Assembly: GCA_900546995.1 (NCBI GenBank)
Contig: URFF01000002.1
Location: 1,237 to 65,236 of the forward strand
From: an uncultured Sutterella sp.
GTDB taxonomy: Bacteria > Pseudomonadota > Gammaproteobacteria > Burkholderiales > Burkholderiaceae_F
Length of the DNA: 64,000 nt
Direction of reading: 5' to 3'
How positions within the stretch are numbered: position 1 is the first letter of the stretch; each line of letters opens with the position of its first letter. Below the pieces are notes generated by a model that searched no databases, was not told the DNA's origin, and saw nothing but the letters and a program-made list of their open reading frames with translations. Shown one piece after another: positions 41,160 to 52,208 of this stretch. A program made the position numbers and the translations under genes.

Positions 41160-43835
41160 TTAATTCAAATTCAGTGTGAAAAGGATAAAAGAGTCATCGT
41201 CGTTGTCCGCTTGACGCGTGTAGCCGAGCGACTGCATCAGCGAATACATCGCTTCATTTCCCTTTAGCACGTAGCCGATAAGCGTTTTTACACCCATGCG
41301 TCGAGCCTCCAGGCCGAGCTGAGTCATCATGAGTTTCGCCAACCCTCTTTTTTGCCAGCCATCTTCAACGACCACGCCGAATTCGGCAACATCAGAACCA
41401 TTTAAGCGTTTGTATCGGGCGACGGCGCGAATCTCTTCGGACATCTCCGTATCGCAAGCGACAATAGCGACTTCTCGGTTGTGGTCAATATTGGTTAATT
41501 CAATAATCTTTTCTCTGGCCAGATCGGTTGAGGAAATGTGAAAGCGCAAATAGGCTGATCTGGGCGACAAGCGTGACAAGAAACGTTTGATTGCTTCAAA
41601 GTCTTGTTGTCGAATGGAGCGTAATGTGACCGCTCCGTTTTTCAGGGAAAGCCATTCCTCGGTGAGTTGCGGCTCAGGCGAAACAACCATATGTGAGGCG
41701 AGACTGTCTTTTGCCAACGGCATGTCGGCCACACCGATATGAGCATCCAGAATGATACAACCGCCATCATCAACCAATAACGGTTCAATATGTAGGTTGC
41801 GGATGGCGGGAATTTCCGTGACCAATTTGGAAATACGCATCAGTACTTGCACCAATGCTTCTTGGTTAACGGCGGGCATGCCGCGGTATTGGTCAAGAAG
41901 CTTTGCCATTCGAGGCTTTTGAATCAGTTTACGGGTCAACGGATCGGTAAGCGGCAATAGTTCAACCGCGGTGTCGTTATAAAGACTGTTTGCCATGCCA
42001 CCGGGACCAAAACTGATAACCGGCCCGAATCGGGGATCGGTGTGAACGGCGACGCTGACTTCCCGTCCGCTTGGTAAATGGATGTGCCGTTGAACGAAGA
42101 GACCGCGAATGGCGGCGTAGGGTGCCTTTTTTCGCACCTCTTCAAACATGCGCACGGCACCATCATGAACATCCTTTTCACTACGAATGTCTAAAAGAAC
42201 GCCTCCGACGTTACTTTTGTGGTCAATGCCGTCAGCGAGCACTTTTAAGACAACCGGAAAGCCTAGTGTTTTGGCTGCATCAACCGCTTCGACGGGCGAC
42301 TTGACAAAGATTCCGCTTGCGGTACTTAATCCTGCGCAGGCAAAGACACGTTTGGTTTCCCATTCATTGAGCTCGTAGCGGCCACTATGAAGAACCTCTT
42401 TGATGACTTCGCGAGCCGCGTCAATATCCAATGGCCACTGTGCTTCGCTTTGTACGACGGTGTTGGTTATGAAGCGTTTGTTTTGCGCGTAACGGCTCAT
42501 TAACGAAAAACCACGGATTGTCATCTCTGGGCTACGAAGAACGGTGATCGGATGACCGCGCAGACGATTGGCCGCGGCGCTCGTTTGCGCATCCCCCAGC
42601 CAAGCGGTAAATACCGGCTTGAAGGTTGTGTCGGTTGAGTAAGCGATCGCATCACAAACCCGATCGACGGGAGCGGCAAATGTGGGGGCTGTGATGACCA
42701 AAATGGCATCCACGTTTTCATCTTGATTGAGTGCGTCAACAGCCAATTTAATTCGTCTTGGATCGGCGTCAGCCCAGAGATCAACAGGATTGGTGGTGAT
42801 CAAAGGGTTATTGAAAATTTCTGCTAAACGCCGAGTCGTGTTTCGCGACAGTGAGGCCAATTGAACGTCGCAGGAAGAGGCCGCATCGGCGGCTAAAACA
42901 CCAAACCCGCAACCGTTACTGATAATGCCGATTCGATTAGCTCTGGGCAACCGCCGTTGAGTGAATGTTTCAATTGCGGTGATCAAATCATCAAAGTTGG
43001 TGACACGAATACCACCGGCGCGCTCTAAGAGTGCGTTAAAAGAGCTGTCTTCTCCGGCGGGCACACCCATGCGGCTCGTTAAAAGTTGACCAGCCGGCAG
43101 GCTTTGTCCGCCTCTGAGCACAATCACTGGTTTTTTCTGTGAGGCTTCGCGAACAGCGGAAAAAAATTCTCGTGGATTACGAATTCCTTCAATGTGAACG
43201 ACAATGAGCCGAGTGTTTTTGTCTTCAGCCAAGAAGTCAATGACTTCGTCCATACTGACATCAATCTCATCACCTGTGTTAATCAGTGTGGAAAAGCCTA
43301 GTCCATTAATTCGTGCGTAAGAAAGCACAGACGTCCCAATGACGCCGGATTGCGAGGCAAAACCGACTTCACCGCTTTTAGGCAACGTGTCCCAGTAGCT
43401 GGCGTTTAAACCGATTTCCGGTCTCATGATCCCCAAGCAATCAGTACCGATGAGACGTAGCCCCAAGGTTTTCGCATGGTTAACAATTTGGGCCTGCCAG
43501 GATGGATCGGAGGTGATATCGGTGTCACTGGGAGCAAGCGCTACCCAGCGGGTTCCTTTTTGAGCAATTTCACTCAAGAGCTTTTCTGCCGCTTTGGCTG
43601 GTGTTGCCAAAATCACAAGATCAATAGGGTCAACAATCTCTTTGATTGAGTGATAACACGCAATTTCACCTAAAAATTGGTACTTTGGGTTAACAGGGTA
43701 CAGCGCGCCCTGAAAACCGCCGTTCACAAGATTACGCCATAAAACCGCACCACGAGAATTCGGACGGTCACTTGCACCGATGAGCGCGATGGAGCGCGGT
43801 TTTAGGGCTTGGCTTAATTGATGAGAAGTATTCAT
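41160..43835 (-). CDS. Pat/PatZ-type protein lysine acetyltransferase (acyl-CoA ligase-like plus C-terminal GNAT)
   Basis: CoA-binding PRSIALIGAS, ATP-grasp HKSNVGGV, GNAT AEFGVVVEDGWQKRGLA; ligase SHTG motif reads SRMG; start 43835 inferred. Confidence 0.8.
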   Translation of the reverse strand: MNTSHQLSQALKPRSIALIGASDRPNSRGAVLWRNLVNGGFQGALYPVNPKYQFLGEIACYHSIKEIVDPIDLVILATPAKAAEKLLSEIAQKGTRWVALAPSDTDITSDPSWQAQIVNHAKTLGLRLIGTDCLGIMRPEIGLNASYWDTLPKSGEVGFASQSGVIGTSVLSYARINGLGFSTLINTGDEIDVSMDEVIDFLAEDKNTRLIVVHIEGIRNPREFFSAVREASQKKPVIVLRGGQSLPAGQLLTSRMGVPAGEDSSFNALLERAGGIRVTNFDDLITAIETFTQRRLPRANRIGIISNGCGFGVLAADAASSCDVQLASLSRNTTRRLAEIFNNPLITTNPVDLWADADPRRIKLAVDALNQDENVDAILVITAPTFAAPVDRVCDAIAYSTDTTFKPVFTAWLGDAQTSAAANRLRGHPITVLRSPEMTIRGFSLMSRYAQNKRFITNTVVQSEAQWPLDIDAAREVIKEVLHSGRYELNEWETKRVFACAGLSTASGIFVKSPVEAVDAAKTLGFPVVLKVLADGIDHKSNVGGVLLDIRSEKDVHDGAVRMFEEVRKKAPYAAIRGLFVQRHIHLPSGREVSVAVHTDPRFGPVISFGPGGMANSLYNDTAVELLPLTDPLTRKLIQKPRMAKLLDQYRGMPAVNQEALVQVLMRISKLVTEIPAIRNLHIEPLLVDDGGCIILDAHIGVADMPLAKDSLASHMVVSPEPQLTEEWLSLKNGAVTLRSIRQQDFEAIKRFLSRLSPRSAYLRFHISSTDLAREKIIELTNIDHNREVAIVACDTEMSEEIRAVARYKRLNGSDVAEFGVVVEDGWQKRGLAKLMMTQLGLEARRMGVKTLIGYVLKGNEAMYSLMQSLGYTRQADNDDDSFILFTLNLN

Positions 43836-44152
43836 TGCGAACGAAACAAAATTCATAAAAAACGACAATTCGCTGCCATTGTACCGTATCGGCGCTAAAG
43901 CGCTTATTAAGCGATTTCTTATTCGTCGCGTAAAAGAGGTTTGATACAATTAAATCAACCTGAAATCTTTAGGGATTTTAGGATCAGCAGCCCGATCGTT
44001 TAACCGATTTTCGGCCTATTGTCACGAACAAACGATGGCATATAACGAGGTTATTCTCGAACTTTTTAAGCGGCTTATCGTTTGTTGTTTTGTCCTTGGA
44101 GGCGACGTCTTTTCCTTGGTTTCGCTTGGAGCTAAAGGCGTCGGTTTATTGT

Positions 44153-45250
44153 ATGAAAGTCAACGGCGTACCGACTCGCAGTATTTGGTCTTTAGATGAC
44201 GGTCAACGAATTGGCATTATTGATCAAACCCAGTTGCCGTTTCGTTTTGAGAAACTAGAGCTTTCTGAGTGGCGGGAAGTCGTTAATGCTATCGCGACGA
44301 TGAAAGTTCGTGGTGCACCGTTAATTGGTATTACTGGTGCTTGGGGGATGGTCCTTGCGATTCGAGACAATCCGGACGATGATGCCATTCATGTCGCTCG
44401 CAGTGAACTGATTGCATCCCGGCCGACAGCTGTGGATTTGCAATGGGGAGTGGATCAGATTGTTACCGCGGTGATGCCCTATGGGCCGCGTGAGCGCTTT
44501 CGTGTGGCGGTCAAGTTGGCAGAAACATTAACGCAAGCCAATGTGCTTGCCAATCGGGCTATCGGTACGCACGGAGCTAAAGTCATCGCTGAGCTTTATG
44601 CGAAAAAGAGAGCGCCGGTCAATATTCTCACGCATTGCAATGCAGGGTGGTTAGCGACGGTTGACTACGGTACGGCGTTATCAGCAGTCTATATCGCGTT
44701 TGAGCAGGGCATTCCGTTACACGTTTGGGTCGATGAAACGCGCCCACGTAACCAAGGTCTTTTAACCGCTTGGGAGCTTGAGGCAAGCGGAGTGCCTCAT
44801 ACGGTTATTGCTGATAATGCCGGAGGTCACTTGATGCAACATCGTGAAGTGGACATGGTTTTGGTTGGTGCTGACCGTATTACGGCCATTGGAGACGTCG
44901 CAAATAAAATCGGAACTTATTTGAAAGCACTGGCTGCCAAAGATATGGATGTTCCGTTTTACGTGGCGGCTCCTTCTTCCACCATTGATTGGACCATTCA
45001 AGACGGTAAACACAGTATTGAAATCGAAAATCGCAATGGTGATGAGTTGCGTCGCGTAAGAGGGTTGGATGCGAAGGGACAAGTGACCGAAGTTGAAATC
45101 ATCAGTCCTTTGACGAATGTCGAAAATCCAGCGTTTGATGTGACACCGGCTCGTTTGGTCACGGGCATTATTACTGAAAGAGGGGTCTGCGCGCCGGAAT
45201 TTCTTACTCGGCTTTTCCCTGAAGGGGCTAGAAGGAGAATGCATTGGTGA
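44153..45250 (+). CDS. mtnA: Methylthioribose-1-phosphate isomerase
   Basis: VRGAPLIG, THCNAG.LAT, DETRPRNQG, NKIGTY, NPAFDVTP. Confidence 0.93.
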   Translation: MKVNGVPTRSIWSLDDGQRIGIIDQTQLPFRFEKLELSEWREVVNAIATMKVRGAPLIGITGAWGMVLAIRDNPDDDAIHVARSELIASRPTAVDLQWGVDQIVTAVMPYGPRERFRVAVKLAETLTQANVLANRAIGTHGAKVIAELYAKKRAPVNILTHCNAGWLATVDYGTALSAVYIAFEQGIPLHVWVDETRPRNQGLLTAWELEASGVPHTVIADNAGGHLMQHREVDMVLVGADRITAIGDVANKIGTYLKALAAKDMDVPFYVAAPSSTIDWTIQDGKHSIEIENRNGDELRRVRGLDAKGQVTEVEIISPLTNVENPAFDVTPARLVTGIITERGVCAPEFLTRLFPEGARRRMHW

Positions 45251-45918
45251 GAAACGCAAAGATGCAGGCCGAGCCTCAGGTTATAGAAACGGCTCGACAG
45301 ATGAATGAGCTTGGCATCAATGTCAATAAGAGCGGTAACGTCTCCGTGCGAACGACTTTTCATTCGGTGCCCGGTTTTTTAATTACACCGACAGGCATCG
45401 CTTATGACGCTTTAAAGCCGAGTGATATTGTCTTTGTGCCCTTGTCAGCGGATTCGCTTACCGATATTGTGAGCGATCGTTTGCCCTCAAGTGAGTGGCA
45501 AATGCATGCTCAGATCTATAGAGAAAACGCAGAGATTGGCGCCATCGTTCATACCCACTCGGCTTGCGCCAATCTCTGCGTTTTCCAGGAAATGTCAATT
45601 CCAGCCTTTCACTATATGGTCGCGGCTGCCGGCGGCGACCATATCCCTTGCGTGCCTTATCAACCTTTTGGAAGCATGGAACTCGCAAGAGCCGCCGCCT
45701 CTGCTTTATCCGGGCGTATTCGGGCATGTCTTTTAGGACATCATGGAGTCATTGCCACGGCAACCAATCTGCAAAAAGCGTTGCAATTAGCCGTTGAAGT
45801 GGAAAATTTGGCTCGTTGTTATTTGATGGTCCGTCAATTAGGGGAACCGAAATTGCTGAACGAGCAGCAAATGGCGTTAGTACTAAAGAAATTTGAAACC
45901 TATGGAAAGCAAAAGTGA
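45247..45918 (+). CDS. Class II aldolase (FucA/Ald2-like)
   Basis: SGNVSVR, PSSEW.MH, HTHS, GHHG; GTG overlaps mtnA stop. Confidence 0.85.
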   Translation: MRNAKMQAEPQVIETARQMNELGINVNKSGNVSVRTTFHSVPGFLITPTGIAYDALKPSDIVFVPLSADSLTDIVSDRLPSSEWQMHAQIYRENAEIGAIVHTHSACANLCVFQEMSIPAFHYMVAAAGGDHIPCVPYQPFGSMELARAAASALSGRIRACLLGHHGVIATATNLQKALQLAVEVENLARCYLMVRQLGEPKLLNEQQMALVLKKFETYGKQK

Positions 45919-46141
45919 TTTGGGAGTCCCTTGTTGGACCAAACCGGATGGAACGCCGGTCTCGTGCACTGAAAAAGTCAAAGTTCTAAATGAAAATTAC
46001 GAGGAGCTGCGTTCCATGCTCAAAGACGCACTGGAAGACGCCTTGATCCTCGGGTGCGCCGAGGATCAGGTTCGGGCTAGTTTTCACGCGTTAATTGATG
46101 CGATTGAAACCGATGTGAAGCAAGAGCAGGTTCATCCTTGA
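45902..46141 (+). CDS. Small hypothetical protein (79 aa)
   Basis: W..PDG.PVSCTEKVKVLNEN...ALEDALILGC, protein-like helical pattern; overlaps aldolase end. Confidence 0.65.
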   Translation: MESKSDLGVPCWTKPDGTPVSCTEKVKVLNENYEELRSMLKDALEDALILGCAEDQVRASFHALIDAIETDVKQEQVHP

Positions 46142-47318
46142 GCTGCCGACTCACCTTTACTGACGAATAACCAAAGGGCTATCGCCAGGCAAAGGGCGGC
46201 CGTCAGGTAAAAACTTTCGTAATAGGCACCGAAAACCGAGTGAACGGCACCAAAGCCTAACGGTAGAAAGATCGCGCGAAAAACAGGGTGCCGCCGGTTG
46301 CAACACCGGCTTTGCCTTTCGGGGCAATTCGGGCAACTTGGGCAAGGTAGACGCCGTTCCAACCGATGGCGGACGCGCCAAGGCAGAAACAGACCGCAAT
46401 CATCAAAAAGGCGGGAACCGACTCAGAGAAAAATCCGGTGACGACCAACATACTTGCCATCAAGGCGCCCAAAATAGCAAGCGTGATCCGCGGAGAATGG
46501 ATTTTGTCAGCAAAGACTCCCCAAAAAAGTCTCCCGCACATGCCGCCGATACTGGCAGCGCTCAACGCCATCCCGGCGAGCACAATCGGGATATGAATGT
46601 CCTCAACCATGTACGCCACGATGAAACTGAAAACACACATCTGAGTGCCGTTGTAGACGAAAGACACAATGCACATGCGGCGTAAACCGTTTTGGGAGGT
46701 GACCAACCGTAACGCGTTGATGACAGCTCGCGCATCGAATCGGGCATTCTTGTCGTAGTGATCATCCAACAGATTTCGGTGGTACAAAACCAAAAGGGCG
46801 ACACACAATGCGGCAATGGCCATAAAGTGAGGACCGGCTTTCCAGTCATTAGCCCACAACGCCACACTCGGGACTATGAATCCTGCGATGGCACTGCCGA
46901 GTGGAACAGCTGTTTGCTTTAGGGAGAAAACAAAGCCCATGCGTTCTTTGGGAACCGTGTGAGCCAAAATGTCGCTTGAGCAGGGCGTGATCGGTCCGTA
47001 GCTTAAACCCAACAAAAAACCGCCGAAACAGATAATCCAGAAATTAGGGATCGCACTAATGATGAGCCCGATAGCGGCAAGAATCAGGCACCCTTGAGAG
47101 ACATGAATCCCGCCGAATCGGGTAACCATGGTGCCCCCTGAAACAGCGGCTATGGCTGCCCCGATGTAAAGAAAACAGACGTATGTGCCGATAAAGGAGC
47201 TGGGCACACCAATGGCCTGAGCAACCAAGGGTGCAATGGCTGACAAGGTCACTGTGCTGGCGGTGGCCATCGCTTGGATGGTCATGGTTGATGTGAGGGC
47301 GAGTCGAATAACAGACAT
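46132..47318 (-). pseudogene. MFS transporter with frameshift near 46275
   Basis: Main frame ends GGTLFFARSFYR*; TM-like continuation AIFLPLGFGAVHSVFGAYYESFYLTAALCLAIALWLF lies in another frame ending at 46132. Confidence 0.7.
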
Positions 47319-47437
47319 AACGAATTCCGAGCGATTTTCTTTCCATTGTAGTGCGCTTCGTAAGTCAAGAAAAGATTGTGGCAGACATCGTTGTAGGACT
47401 ACAATTGGCTCAAATACGCGATTAGCAGGAGATTGTT

Positions 47438-47938
47438 ATGCGGTTAAAGCTTATCGTTGCGGCGCTTGCGGGAGTGGCGGTTTTAGCCGGTTGTGCCCAT
47501 CCGGACTTGATCGAACTCGGCCAGTCGGAGAGTTTGGTGGTCAATGAACTCGGAGCTCCGGACTCTCGAATTGATCACAACGACGGTTCATTTACCTTGG
47601 TGTATTCCGGTCAACCCTATGGGCGGGAATGTTATTGGATGCACTTTGACAAGCAGGGGCAATTCATTGGTAAGGAGTTACTGATGAATGAGGACCATTT
47701 TAAATTGGTCATCCCTGGTAAACACACCAAGCAGGATGTGTTTCAAATGTTTGGTCGTTGTGCCCAAGAGTACGACTTTAAGCTCCAGAATCAAACCGCT
47801 TTTATGTATCGGTTCCGTGAGTCAAGCGGTCACGCCATGGCATTTTGGGTACAGTTTGACACCCAAAATGTTGTGACAGAAACTGCGATTACTCAAGATC
47901 CGTGGGATGATCGTGGGGATCCCTTATTTAATTTCTGA
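47438..47938 (+). CDS. Lipoprotein with SmpA/BamE-like repeats
   Basis: Lipobox LAGC, SD AGGAG, two alpha/beta repeats. Confidence 0.65.
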   Translation: MRLKLIVAALAGVAVLAGCAHPDLIELGQSESLVVNELGAPDSRIDHNDGSFTLVYSGQPYGRECYWMHFDKQGQFIGKELLMNEDHFKLVIPGKHTKQDVFQMFGRCAQEYDFKLQNQTAFMYRFRESSGHAMAFWVQFDTQNVVTETAITQDPWDDRGDPLFNF

Positions 47939-47961
47939 GTTTTTTGAATTGGGTATTCATT

Positions 47962-47994
47962 AAAAAGGCCGGCGCCTTTCGGTTGCCGGCCTTT
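47962..47994. terminator. Terminator between lipoprotein gene and aspS
   Basis: AAAGGCCGGC...GCCGGCCTTT inverted repeat. Confidence 0.65.
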
Positions 47995-48011
47995 GCACTA
48001 AGGGTGTCTGA

Positions 48012-49805
48012 TTATTCCTTAATGGGATTACGCAAACGGATGTGCAATTCGCGTAATTGCTTTTCATCGACAGGCGCAGGTGCGTTCGTAAGCAAGCACT
48101 GAGCACGTTGAGTCTTCGGGAAAGCGATGACGTCTCGGATGGAAGGAGCGCCAGCCATGATGGTGACGATACGATCCAAACCGAAGGCGATACCACCATG
48201 AGGAGGCGCACCGTATTGCAAGTTATCGAGCAAGAAGCCAAACTTGGCACGAGCCTCTTCAGGGCCGATCTTCAAGGCACTGAAGACCTTGCTTTGAATA
48301 TCGGCGCGGTGAATACGGATGGAACCACCGCCGATTTCCCAGCCATTTAACACCATGTCATAGGCTTGAGCAAAACACTTACCCGGATCTGTACTTAACA
48401 GATCGATATGTTCGGGTTTGGGCATCGTGAACGGATGGTGGCAAGCAACCCAACGTTGTTCTTCGTCGTCGTACTCAAACATCGGGAAGTCAACCACCCA
48501 CAGAGCCTTCCAGCCTTCTTCATAAAGGCCGTTTTCTTTACCGAAGTCGCTATGGCCGATCTTCAAGCGCAAAGCGCCGAGCGAGTCATAAACAATCTTG
48601 GCACGATCAGCGCCGAAGAAGATCACGTCGCCATCTTGAGCACCGGTAACGGTCAAAATGTGTTGCAGCAATTCATCGGAGAGGTTCTTCACGATCGGGC
48701 TTTGCAAGCCTTCGCGTCCCTTGGCCTTATCATTGACTTTGATATAAGCCAAGCCCTTGGCACCGTAGATCTTAACGAATTCGGTGTAGGCGTCAATTTC
48801 AGAGCGCGGCATGCTGGCTGCGTGCGGCACATTCATTGCCACAACCTTACCGTCACGCAACTCGGTGGCAGAACGGAAAACCTTGAATTGGCAGTCACGA
48901 ACTTGATCGGTGATTTCGCGCAATTCAATGCCTTTGATTCGAAGGTCCGGTTTATCGGAACCGAAACGAGTCATGGCTTCCGTCCAGGTCATCACCGGAT
49001 ACGGATCGGGCAAATCCACGTTGATGGTTTCTTTGAACACATCACGGATCATATTTTCCATCAGGTTGCGGATTTCCTGTTCGGTCAAGAACGAGGTTTC
49101 GATATCCACCTGAGTGAATTCCGGTTGACGGTCGGCACGCAAGTCTTCGTCACGGAAGCACTTGACGATTTGGTAGTAACGGTCAAAACCGGCAACCATC
49201 AGCAATTGTTTGAAAAGCTGAGGCGATTGCGGCAAGGCATAGAAGTGACCGTCATGGACGCGGCTCGGAACCAAGTAGTCACGGGCACCTTCAGGGGTGC
49301 TGCGCGTCAACATCGGCGTTTCGATGTCGATGAAACCTTCTTTGTCCAAGTGGTTGCGAATGGCCAAGGCCACTTTGTAACGCAACTTGAGATTGCGTTG
49401 CATTTGAGGACGGCGAAGATCGAGCACGCGATAGGTCAATCGCGTCGTTTCAGACAGATTTTCGTCATCCAAGTGGAACGGAGGCGTTTCCGACTTATTA
49501 AGGATTTCCAATTCTTGGCAAAGGACTTCGACACCACCTGAGACGAGGTCGGGATTGAGCGTGCCTTCGGGACGGGCGCGCACGAGGCCAACCACTTTCA
49601 AGCAATATTCGTTACGTACGGCTTCGGCCGTTGCAAACACGTCCGGACGATCCGGATCGCAAACAACTTGCAAAAGACCTTCACGGTCACGCAAATCGAT
49701 AAAAATGACTCCACCGTGGTCACGGCGGCGGTGAGCCCAACCATAAAGGGTCACCGTTTGACCAATGAATTTTTCATTGATAAGACCGGCATATTCGGTT
49801 CGCAT
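48012..49805 (-). CDS. aspS: Aspartate-tRNA ligase
   Basis: [29 protein letters not shown]. Confidence 0.98.
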   Translation of the reverse strand: MRTEYAGLINEKFIGQTVTLYGWAHRRRDHGGVIFIDLRDREGLLQVVCDPDRPDVFATAEAVRNEYCLKVVGLVRARPEGTLNPDLVSGGVEVLCQELEILNKSETPPFHLDDENLSETTRLTYRVLDLRRPQMQRNLKLRYKVALAIRNHLDKEGFIDIETPMLTRSTPEGARDYLVPSRVHDGHFYALPQSPQLFKQLLMVAGFDRYYQIVKCFRDEDLRADRQPEFTQVDIETSFLTEQEIRNLMENMIRDVFKETINVDLPDPYPVMTWTEAMTRFGSDKPDLRIKGIELREITDQVRDCQFKVFRSATELRDGKVVAMNVPHAASMPRSEIDAYTEFVKIYGAKGLAYIKVNDKAKGREGLQSPIVKNLSDELLQHILTVTGAQDGDVIFFGADRAKIVYDSLGALRLKIGHSDFGKENGLYEEGWKALWVVDFPMFEYDDEEQRWVACHHPFTMPKPEHIDLLSTDPGKCFAQAYDMVLNGWEIGGGSIRIHRADIQSKVFSALKIGPEEARAKFGFLLDNLQYGAPPHGGIAFGLDRIVTIMAGAPSIRDVIAFPKTQRAQCLLTNAPAPVDEKQLRELHIRLRNPIKE

Positions 49806-49901
49806 ATATGCTCCAAACTTAATAGGGGATTACTCCCACCCAATAACCGAGGTATTTTAGCCGAAAGGCTATCTGTTTTGTGAGTACACACCACCTTTTT
49901 C

Positions 49902-49941
49902 AAAAGCGGGACGGCTATTGATTCGTTAACCGTCCCGTTTT
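49902..49941 (-). terminator. Terminator after EF-G paralog
   Basis: AAAAGCGGGACGG...CCGTCCCGTTTT inverted repeat. Confidence 0.55.
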
Positions 49942-49967
49942 AATGACCGATGATTGATGATTCTGAA

Positions 49968-52019
49968 TTAATCTTCTTCGGCCTTGCGTTGATAGTGGCT
50001 TGCCAATTCAGCCTGAACGGCGGCGGGAACCGGTTCGTAGGCTTGCAATTCCACCGAGTAGCTGCCGGCGCCTTGTGTTAAGGCATTTAAGCGGTTGGCA
50101 TATCCGTCAAGGCCTGTCAATGGCACGCGGCCCGTGATGAGCATCATGCCGCCCGTGAGATTTTCAGTGCCGCTGACTTGACCGCGACGACTGGCGAGGT
50201 CACCAGCGATATCACCCATGTAAATGTCAGGAGCAAGGATTTCAATGCGGACAATCGGCTCCAACAATGTCGGATTGGCGCGAGAAAGGGCGTCCAGCAT
50301 GGCTTTCCGGCCAGCAGCGACGAATGCGACTTCCTTACTGTCAACGGGGTGATATTTACCGTCATAGACCGTCACGCGAACGTCGTAGATGGGGTAGCCG
50401 GCAATATAGCCTTGATCCAAAACTTCCTTCACGCCCTTTTCAACAGCTGGAATCAAGTTGTACGGAATAGCACCGCCCTTGACTTGGTCAACGAACTTAA
50501 AGCCAGCGCCGCGAGGCAAGGGATCAATGCGAAGGAAAACTTCGCCGAATTGACCAGCGCCACCCGTTTGCTTCTTGTGACGTGCATGACCTTCGGCAGA
50601 GGCGGAAATGGTTTCACGATACGGAATACGCGGCGTACGGGTTTGAATTTCCAATTTGTATTGAGACGCCATCCGTTTCAAAACCAATTTGAGGTGCTGT
50701 TCGCTTAAGCCGCGCAAAACGGTTTCGTTCATCGTGGCGTCGTGTTCAACCGCAAGCGTCGGGTCTTCGCTGACCATCTTGTCGATCACTTCAGACATTC
50801 GGCTTTCATCTCCGCGTCGTGCGGGGCTCACGGCCAAACCGAACATCGGTTTCGGGAAGTTGAGCTTCTTCATGTAGATCGTGCCATCGATCGAGGCATC
50901 GTGCAGCACACTGCCGTAGACGATGTCATCAACTTTGGCCACAGCACCGATATATCCGGGGTTCATTTCATCGACTTCGATACCTTCCTTACCTTGAAGC
51001 ATGATCGGTTTGCCGATCTTGAAAGGCTTCTTTCCGTCGTCAACAAACAAAGTGGAGTCTTTGGTGATGCGGCCTTGATGCAAACGGAATAAGCCAATCT
51101 TTCCGATATAGGGGTCATTAACCACTTTGAAGACGTGGGCGACGACAGGACGGTTAGCATCTGGAATCGTGACATATTCAGAGCCGTCGGGACGGTAAAA
51201 GAGCGGGGCGTTCGCTTCGGTCGGATTCGGTAAGTGACGCACAAAGACCTTAATCAAATCGCGCATACCGATTAAATTCTTTGCCGAGGTGTAGCAGACC
51301 GGAATGATGTGTCCCAAGCGAAGGGCCTTTGTGAGCGGAGCATGTAAGCTCTTCGGGTCAACTGCACCTTCTTCAAGGTAGCGTTCCATGGTCTCGTCGT
51401 CCATTTCCACGACGCGTTCCACGAAAGCTTGGTGAACTCGTTCCACAGAGGCAAAGTTGGCTTCACCTTTGTCATTGTCGAAGCAGTCGATCACGTGTGA
51501 GCAATCTTTGTTCGGCAAGTTAAGCGGAAGAACTTCATTGCCGAACGCTTCACGTAGTTCGATAAGAAGCTTCATTAAATCGACATTGGGTTGGTCAATT
51601 TTGTTGACGACAATCATTCGGCAAAGATTGCGCTCTTTAGCCCATTCCATCATGCGGCGTGTCATGAGTTCAATGCCCTTGGTGGCATCAACGACCACGC
51701 AGACGGTTTTAACTGCGTCCAAGGCGCCCAATGCTTGACCGACGCAGTCCGGATACCCCGGAGTATCCAATAGGAAAATGCGCACCGGTGTGCCGTCATC
51801 TTTCTGAGCATTAAGGTGAGCCACAGTCGTACGCAAAGAATGCTGCGCTTCTTTTTCCATGGGATCGAAGTCACCCACTGTATTGCCTTTTTCAACCGCT
51901 CCGACTTCACTGATGACGCCATTACGGTACAAAAGTGCTTCCATCAACGTGGTTTTGCCCGTGGACCCGTGACCCACCAATGCTACAGTACGAAGATTCT
52001 CTACAGGATATTGACTCAT
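49968..52019 (-). CDS. Elongation factor G paralog (EF-G II type)
   Basis: GHGSTGKTT, DTPGY, NKID, KKQTGGAGQFG, LLEPI; not in an str operon. Confidence 0.88.
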   Translation of the reverse strand: MSQYPVENLRTVALVGHGSTGKTTLMEALLYRNGVISEVGAVEKGNTVGDFDPMEKEAQHSLRTTVAHLNAQKDDGTPVRIFLLDTPGYPDCVGQALGALDAVKTVCVVVDATKGIELMTRRMMEWAKERNLCRMIVVNKIDQPNVDLMKLLIELREAFGNEVLPLNLPNKDCSHVIDCFDNDKGEANFASVERVHQAFVERVVEMDDETMERYLEEGAVDPKSLHAPLTKALRLGHIIPVCYTSAKNLIGMRDLIKVFVRHLPNPTEANAPLFYRPDGSEYVTIPDANRPVVAHVFKVVNDPYIGKIGLFRLHQGRITKDSTLFVDDGKKPFKIGKPIMLQGKEGIEVDEMNPGYIGAVAKVDDIVYGSVLHDASIDGTIYMKKLNFPKPMFGLAVSPARRGDESRMSEVIDKMVSEDPTLAVEHDATMNETVLRGLSEQHLKLVLKRMASQYKLEIQTRTPRIPYRETISASAEGHARHKKQTGGAGQFGEVFLRIDPLPRGAGFKFVDQVKGGAIPYNLIPAVEKGVKEVLDQGYIAGYPIYDVRVTVYDGKYHPVDSKEVAFVAAGRKAMLDALSRANPTLLEPIVRIEILAPDIYMGDIAGDLASRRGQVSGTENLTGGMMLITGRVPLTGLDGYANRLNALTQGAGSYSVELQAYEPVPAAVQAELASHYQRKAEED

Positions 52020-52208
52020 AATGATCCCCCTAATCGGTAAACAATAAAAAGTCGCTTTTCTTATTGTGCGCCTTTTATCGCTTGTCGGGGGAAAGAAAAT
52101 CTCGAGTTTTGACTAACGTCGTACAAAAAGCAGAAATTAGCAGATACCGCCGAAAAACCCTAAGTTCTCAAAAAGAAAAACATAATGAGTGATTCGAGAC
52201 ACAAGAGG

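Noticed and set aside
48408..49541. 377-aa plus-strand ORF
   Set aside because: Antisense shadow of aspS, expected from strong codon bias; no recognisable motifs
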